From Anaerohalosphaeraceae bacterium (GTDB lineage: Bacteria; Planctomycetota; Phycisphaerae; Sedimentisphaerales; Anaerohalosphaeraceae), in NCBI GenBank assembly GCA_963675525.2, contig CAXXSL010000008.1, positions 192,001 to 256,000 on the forward strand: DNA of 64,000 nt. The letters run 5' to 3'. Below the pieces are notes generated by a model that searched no databases, had not been told where the DNA came from, and was given only the letters and a program-made list of their open reading frames with translations. A program made the position numbers and the translations under genes. This document shows, piece after piece, positions 58,591 through 64,000 of this stretch; within the stretch, counting starts at the first letter, position 1, and each line of letters starts with the position of its first letter.

Positions 58591-59321
58591 TAGGTCGCCT
58601 TCCTTTCTTCGAGAATAATCATGCCGGCATAGCACCATGCCACCATGAGAATCACAAAGTACGAGATGTCTTTCAATTCCATGACACCACGCATAATCGA
58701 ATCAAAATGATTTTGAAAACTTAATATCTCAAACACATTCGCTGCCGCCGGAGAGAGTGTTGATGCCACAAAATTGAGTGTTGAAGGATGACCTGCGAAA
58801 ACAAAAATCAAACAGGCAACGACCGAGAGAATCAAGCTAATGACCTGATTTTTGGTTAATGCGGAAAAAAACATCCCGATGGACAGAAAGCTTCCGGCCA
58901 TCAAAAAACTGCCAAGATAACCGACGGCGATCTGTCCGGCATCCGGGTCACCGAGATAAGCCACCGTCACCGGAAGCGGAAACGTCAACAGTAAGCCAAT
59001 CCCTAAAAACACCCACGCTGCAAAGAACTTGCCCAGCACAGCTTGAGTAACCGTTACCGGCAGGGTCAGCAGCAGTTCAATCGAGCCGTTTTTACGCTCT
59101 TCGGCCCACAACCGCATCGCCACTGCCGAAACCATAAACACAAAGATAATCGGCATCTTGTCAAAAAACAGCCTTAAATCCGCCTGCCGGAGTTCGAAAA
59201 AGCCCTCCATAAACGGCCAGTATCCTGCGGCCAGCAGGAAAATCACCAAGAAAACATACGCCACGGGGGTGGCGAAATATCCCTTTAATTCACGTTTAAA
59301 AACAGCCCAAAAGCTATTCAT
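58590..59321 (-). CDS. GldF-like ABC permease
   Basis: REL.GYF.TP.AY, MRLWAEERK.GSIELLLT. Confidence 0.88.
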   Translation of the reverse strand: MNSFWAVFKRELKGYFATPVAYVFLVIFLLAAGYWPFMEGFFELRQADLRLFFDKMPIIFVFMVSAVAMRLWAEERKNGSIELLLTLPVTVTQAVLGKFFAAWVFLGIGLLLTFPLPVTVAYLGDPDAGQIAVGYLGSFLMAGSFLSIGMFFSALTKNQVISLILSVVACLIFVFAGHPSTLNFVASTLSPAAANVFEILSFQNHFDSIMRGVMELKDISYFVILMVAWCYAGMIILEERKAT

Positions 59322-59351
59322 TGTCTTGACTCCTAATTCCTGAAGAATGAC

Positions 59352-60080
59352 CTATGCGGATTTTTTGGTCGATGTAATTTTCCGAAAAACCTCATTAAGA
59401 TTGCAGCCATGCTCTTTGGTCAATGCCTTCGGCGTCGAATCCACCAGAATCTGCCCGCGGGCAATAATAATCGCCCGATTACATACCTGCTCGACCTCCT
59501 CGAGAATATGCGTGGAAATAATGATACATTTTTCCTGTGCCATTTGACCGATCAACTGACGGACTTCGTGTTTTTGATTGGGGTCCAACCCGTCTGTCGG
59601 CTCATCGAGAATGAGCACCTGCGGGTCGTGGATGAGCGCCTGGGCCAGTCCAACACGCCGGCGGTAGCCTTTGGACAATGTTTCAATCGTCTGATGGTAG
59701 ACCGAATCGATCGAACACATCGGGACAATGCGGTCCAGTGCCTTTTTTCGCTGGGCACCGGAAATCCGCCGGGCATCACACACAAAATCCAGAAAACCGG
59801 CCACCGTCATTTCGTTATAACACGGAGCGTTTTCCGCCAGATAGCCGATACACTGGCGGACCTGAACCGGCTCGGTTAAAATATCATGGCCGCAGATATT
59901 TGCCGTCCCCCCATCAGGAGCTAAAAAGCAAGCCAGCATTTTCATCGCTGTGCTTTTGCCGGCACCGTTAGGTCCCAGAAACCCCAGCACGTCCCCCTTC
60001 TCGGCCGTGAAGGAAATATCATCGACCGCAACCACCGGACCGAAACACCGCCTCAGATGTTGTACCTGTATCATATCCAT
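59352..60080 (-). CDS. GldA-like ABC ATP-binding protein
   Basis: GPNGAGKST, LSKGYRRRVG, LDEPTDGLDPNQ. Confidence 0.9.
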   Translation of the reverse strand: MDMIQVQHLRRCFGPVVAVDDISFTAEKGDVLGFLGPNGAGKSTAMKMLACFLAPDGGTANICGHDILTEPVQVRQCIGYLAENAPCYNEMTVAGFLDFVCDARRISGAQRKKALDRIVPMCSIDSVYHQTIETLSKGYRRRVGLAQALIHDPQVLILDEPTDGLDPNQKHEVRQLIGQMAQEKCIIISTHILEEVEQVCNRAIIIARGQILVDSTPKALTKEHGCNLNEVFRKITSTKKSA

Positions 60081-60246
60081 CTCCCAAAACCAGATTTGAA
60101 CCACCGCTATACGATGTAGAAAAAGGCGAACTTAAAAAAATACGCCGTTTGTGACAAACTTGTTCTTATTTTTTTAATCAAAATTCATGTCTTGTCAAGA
60201 GGCTTTTTTAAAAATCTCGGGGGAGATTACCGGGAAGATTGTTCAG

Positions 60247-60282
60247 AAAAAAAAGGGCCGCAAGTCATACGACTTGCGGCCC
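60247..60282 (-). terminator. Intrinsic terminator
   Basis: 12-bp stem GGGCCGCAAGTC/GACTTGCGGCCC plus U8. Confidence 0.85.
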
Positions 60283-60315
60283 CGGGTCTTTCTTCTAATT
60301 GTTGAAATACGTCAT

Positions 60316-63300
60316 CTACGGCGTCGGATTAACGATCACAACCGGGTTCGGACCATTCTCGCTCCATCCGTCAGATGAATCGCCCATGTTCCCTTCACCA
60401 TTAGGCCCACTCGTAGAAAGGTCGCGGTAGAAGATATACCAAATCAGGCCGGGCTGCTGGTTAGCAGTGAGCACAACGTAACGATACGGTACCTGAACAC
60501 TGGCCGGGAAACCCGGATAAGTTGGATTCGGTGTACCTATACCAACATTCGTGACATTTCTCCATTCAGGCCCCGGGTCCGCACTGCCGCCGCTGTTGTA
60601 GTCAATATCACTACACACAAACTTATACTCGACGCCGCTCGGGTCCACTGCCTCTATGGCCGTTATGATCTGATACCACAGGCCGCCGCTCTGCAGAGAA
60701 TCTGGAGCTACCGCATGCTGCGCCTTGTACGGATATAGAGGATCCTGATTCGCAGACGGCACTGGCGGTTCCAGATCAGCCGCCGCGACCGTAATCGGAA
60801 ACGCAGGAGTCCATTCACTTACTGTTATGATTTGCCCCGGATTGGATTCATGGACAATGGCCATCCGTGCTCTGTATGTGTAAGTCTGCCCGATAACAAC
60901 GTCCGTATCTATATAAACCGGGTCTTCCTGATAAGGTGATTCAAAAGAGAGGTCTCTTCCAAATTTATACTTCACAATATAACCCGCAGGCGGAGAGTAC
61001 GAAGCAACTTCCATCCCAACCGCGATCTGTGCACCCGGCCCCGGATTGATAATCGTATTATAGGGTTCAACTTCCCAGACAGCCGCCGGCAGTTGGGTAT
61101 TCGAACCCGGCAAAACAGGGTTCGCCAACTTATCACTCAAGGTCGTCTGATTGCCGCTTCCGTCTTCGGCAAGAACATAGAGTGAGTACGCTTGTCCGGC
61201 GATCAGGTCGCTTGCTGTCGGATGGATCCGCACCACAATATCATCCTGATTTCTTGACAACTCATCAAGTTCGCCGTATGTCAGCCAGCCGTCATGGTTT
61301 GCGTCCTGATCAACGTAGAAGATGCTCAGGTTCGGGAATTCGCCGGATTTGAATTGGTACCGCACATCTTCATCGGGCCACCAGGCGTCATGTCCAAACA
61401 CGACTTCCATTTCAATTTCGTCAAAGGTTCCAGCGACCGCTGTCGGTTCGATATCCCATGTCAGAGGATTCGGGAATGGCGGTTCCGTGTCGCTTTCGAG
61501 CCAGCAGGAAGCAAATCCTGTCATATCATAGGTATCGACCAGCGAATCGAAATTGATGTCCACACCGCCGCACCATTCGTTGCCTTGACCACATGACTCA
61601 AGCAGCCAGGCCGAAGCAAATACCGCCCAGTCACTCAGGTCAATTTGCCCGTTAAGGACATAGTCCGTCTTACTGCAAGTTGCCTTGAAGGCGGTTCTAT
61701 AATGATACCCCAGATCGACGATACCCTTATCGTGTGCCGCATAGATGCTGGTGGTATAGTCAGACAGGAAAACATCCGTGCCGTCGGCAGCAACTCGACC
61801 CGTACCAGAGGCAAGACCGCTTCCCGCATTGATACAAGGCGAAACCGGCGGGCCAATCTGATCCAGGTAATAATTCGACGACGTTCCGTCTGAAGCCGGC
61901 TCCAGTGCCGATTCAAACAACGGATCACTGTTGATGATCTGATTCAGTCCATTCAACTCACATCCCGGCCCGACATAGATCGCGTTGGTACTTGGATATC
62001 CGGCGACATCAGCATAGTTGATCGTCAACGTCGAGGGCCTGGGGTCAAACTCAAAGCCTGTACCGACGGTGATCTGGGTTCCCTGTGTTGCGCTGTTGCT
62101 CCAGAAGATACTGTCGTTCACATCGACAACACTATCATAAGCACAATATAACCCGCCGCCGGAACCAACAAAACCAAGGGCATCGTTTCCATTCGAAGTG
62201 TTCTCCGCAAACGTACAGTTTCCGAAAGAAACCCTTGAATTCCAGTTCACGGATGCACCGCCGCCGTCACGCGAGGCATAATTCACACCAAATAGACAGT
62301 TAAAGATATCGGTCACAACAGGCACCGTCCCGGTCAGCATCAGACCGCCGCCGGACAGGTCCGCTGTATTATTAACAAAGACCGTATCGTGTGTTTGCAG
62401 ATTGACTGAATCGGCCATCAAACCCGCACCGGAACCTGTCACATCCAGTGCCGCAACCGGAACAACCGGCTCATCCGGGTCTTGCGGATCTTCCGGAGGC
62501 ACGACGATCACCTGCGGTGTTTTCGCCATGTTAGCATAAAACAGCGAATTCGTAACGACGGCTGCCTTCTGGCTGAGATAGACACCAGCGCCGAAATAGG
62601 CTTCGTTACCAAGGATATTGCAGTCCGTGATCTCAGAGGTTGAATCCCACCCGTAAAGACCGCCGCCAACCGTAGCATTATTCTCGCTCAAATAACAATC
62701 GTTAAATGTAACTTTGCAGTCATATTTATACGCTACGGCACCGCCATAGCTGACCTGGAACGAATGCGGCAGATCAACGGTACTGGTATCCGCCACATTA
62801 TTCCGGAACGTGCAATTCGTAAATTCCAGTTCACAATCATAAGCCGCAAAGACGGCACCGCCGGCGGTCGGCATATTCAACTGCCGGTCCGGCCAGGCGT
62901 TGGTACCATATTGTGCCCCGCCAACTCCCGTCAGGCCGCCGTGGGATTGGTTCTCTTCAAAGACACAGTCTTTAAATGTGGCATTGCTGTCAAATTCACA
63001 ATAGACCGCACCGCCGTAACCGCTGTACCGCCAGACATCCAGGAATTGATCATAGGGGTCTCCGAGCGGATCCATCGTATCAGATGCATAATCCGCTATG
63101 AACTGATCCCAACTGGTATAAGCCTCTGTCCAATTGAACCATCGCCTCCAGACGTCAAGATCATATTCCCCATAGAATAATTCATAGGGCGAATAAAAAC
63201 TGTATTTATCACCATAAGCATTATAGGCCCAACCGTCCCACTCTGTCGTCGTGATCAAATACTCTTCGTTGTAGTCATCAAAGATCCAGCCGCCGCCGCG

Positions 63301-64000
63301 TCCGCCCCACCAGATAACATTGTCAACGACAACATAATCAGCACCATTACCGCCATTGGCGCCAAAGACCTCATTGCCGGTAAACGTACAACTGACAAAT
63401 TCAGGGTCACTGCTCAGACCGCAATAAACGGCACCGCCATACGTCGGGCTGGGCCAACCGCCGTCACCGCCGTTCGGATGGTCCGATCCTCCGTCATAGC
63501 CGTTTTCGCCATCGACAGCGAACAAAGCGTTATCTTCAAAGCGGCAGTTGATGATCTTGGGCGAACTGTTATACATGCTCATTGCACCGCCGTGTAACGG
63601 ATACTGACTGTAACCGTCCGTTCCGTCAGGTACATTGCCCGCATGCACAAGTTGGGCATCAGTAAATCGACACTCGCTGAAGACACAGTTCCGAATGATC
63701 GGGTCGGCATTCAGCATATCCATCTGCCCTTCATGTACGGTAATACCTTCAATTGAGGTTCTATTGTCCAGGTTGCTTAACTCAAAATCAAAATCTCTGA
63801 AGATCGTCGCCCGTACAACTGATTCATCGTCCGGATTCGAACCGGTTATCGTAACCTTCTTGTTGTCCAGTACAATATTGTTGACTAATGATCCAAATTG
63901 GCTCGGAGAGGTATATTCTCCCGGAGCGATCAAAATAATGTCACCATCCTGTGCATCATCAAGGGCATCGCCCAGCAACGCATAGTCCGAAGACGTGCCG
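60316..64000 (-). CDS. Very large secreted right-handed beta-helix protein with dockerin-like module (5' end outside window)
   Basis: Repeated GGA(V/M)...F..N motifs; SPCINAG; DYVLNGQIDLSDW..F...W/DINFDSLVDTYDM; more than 1220 aa. Confidence 0.8.
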   Translation of the reverse strand, partial: GTSSDYALLGDALDDAQDGDIILIAPGEYTSPSQFGSLVNNIVLDNKKVTITGSNPDDESVVRATIFRDFDFELSNLDNRTSIEGITVHEGQMDMLNADPIIRNCVFSECRFTDAQLVHAGNVPDGTDGYSQYPLHGGAMSMYNSSPKIINCRFEDNALFAVDGENGYDGGSDHPNGGDGGWPSPTYGGAVYCGLSSDPEFVSCTFTGNEVFGANGGNGADYVVVDNVIWWGGRGGGWIFDDYNEEYLITTTEWDGWAYNAYGDKYSFYSPYELFYGEYDLDVWRRWFNWTEAYTSWDQFIADYASDTMDPLGDPYDQFLDVWRYSGYGGAVYCEFDSNATFKDCVFEENQSHGGLTGVGGAQYGTNAWPDRQLNMPTAGGAVFAAYDCELEFTNCTFRNNVADTSTVDLPHSFQVSYGGAVAYKYDCKVTFNDCYLSENNATVGGGLYGWDSTSEITDCNILGNEAYFGAGVYLSQKAAVVTNSLFYANMAKTPQVIVVPPEDPQDPDEPVVPVAALDVTGSGAGLMADSVNLQTHDTVFVNNTADLSGGGLMLTGTVPVVTDIFNCLFGVNYASRDGGGASVNWNSRVSFGNCTFAENTSNGNDALGFVGSGGGLYCAYDSVVDVNDSIFWSNSATQGTQITVGTGFEFDPRPSTLTINYADVAGYPSTNAIYVGPGCELNGLNQIINSDPLFESALEPASDGTSSNYYLDQIGPPVSPCINAGSGLASGTGRVAADGTDVFLSDYTTSIYAAHDKGIVDLGYHYRTAFKATCSKTDYVLNGQIDLSDWAVFASAWLLESCGQGNEWCGGVDINFDSLVDTYDMTGFASCWLESDTEPPFPNPLTWDIEPTAVAGTFDEIEMEVVFGHDAWWPDEDVRYQFKSGEFPNLSIFYVDQDANHDGWLTYGELDELSRNQDDIVVRIHPTASDLIAGQAYSLYVLAEDGSGNQTTLSDKLANPVLPGSNTQLPAAVWEVEPYNTIINPGPGAQIAVGMEVASYSPPAGYIVKYKFGRDLSFESPYQEDPVYIDTDVVIGQTYTYRARMAIVHESNPGQIITVSEWTPAFPITVAAADLEPPVPSANQDPLYPYKAQHAVAPDSLQSGGLWYQIITAIEAVDPSGVEYKFVCSDIDYNSGGSADPGPEWRNVTNVGIGTPNPTYPGFPASVQVPYRYVVLTANQQPGLIWYIFYRDLSTSGPNGEGNMGDSSDGWSENGPNPVVIVNPTP

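Noticed and set aside
25..63985. Numerous antisense or overlapping ORFs in the six-frame track (e.g. 4902-5624, 9322-10053, 37768-38583)
   Set aside because: They are shadow frames of well-supported genes with no recognisable motifs.

Overview
This 64-kb bacterial chromosomal window most likely comes from an anaerobic planctomycete (Phycisphaerae-like). That is an inference from dockerin-like secreted proteins, a multi-HTH sigma-70 protein, [FeFe]-hydrogenase maturases and a NifS/NifU system. Most of it is housekeeping or metabolic: queC/queF; TPP riboswitch-thiFSGH; ffs-dnaX-recR; rpoN; proC; polA (one frameshift); hydGFE; an Rrf2-cysK-cysE-nadA-metY-nifU-nifS operon; xth; tex; a Gld-like ABC system; and two large secreted proteins. 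The best candidate for a new system is at 2.1-3.9 kb. There a REP-associated HUH tyrosine transposase (RAYT) lies among three copies of a 26-28 bp imperfect palindrome. Two copies bracket an AT-rich orphan RHS toxin tip plus immunity gene, with junctions a few bases from the repeats, which suggests a RAYT/REP-driven toxin-cassette capture module. Other unexplained structure: a helically phased TTGGGTTYG array at 5.8-6.15 kb; two candidate orphan ncRNAs (28.6 kb and 29.6 kb); a NagD-like gene collapsed by a microhomology deletion; a GTAG REP inserted in frame in polA; an A9G slippery site in dnaX; a possible bistable leader on the cold-shock gene; and several families of intergenic REP-like repeats. 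All family calls come from motif recognition by eye. No searches were run.
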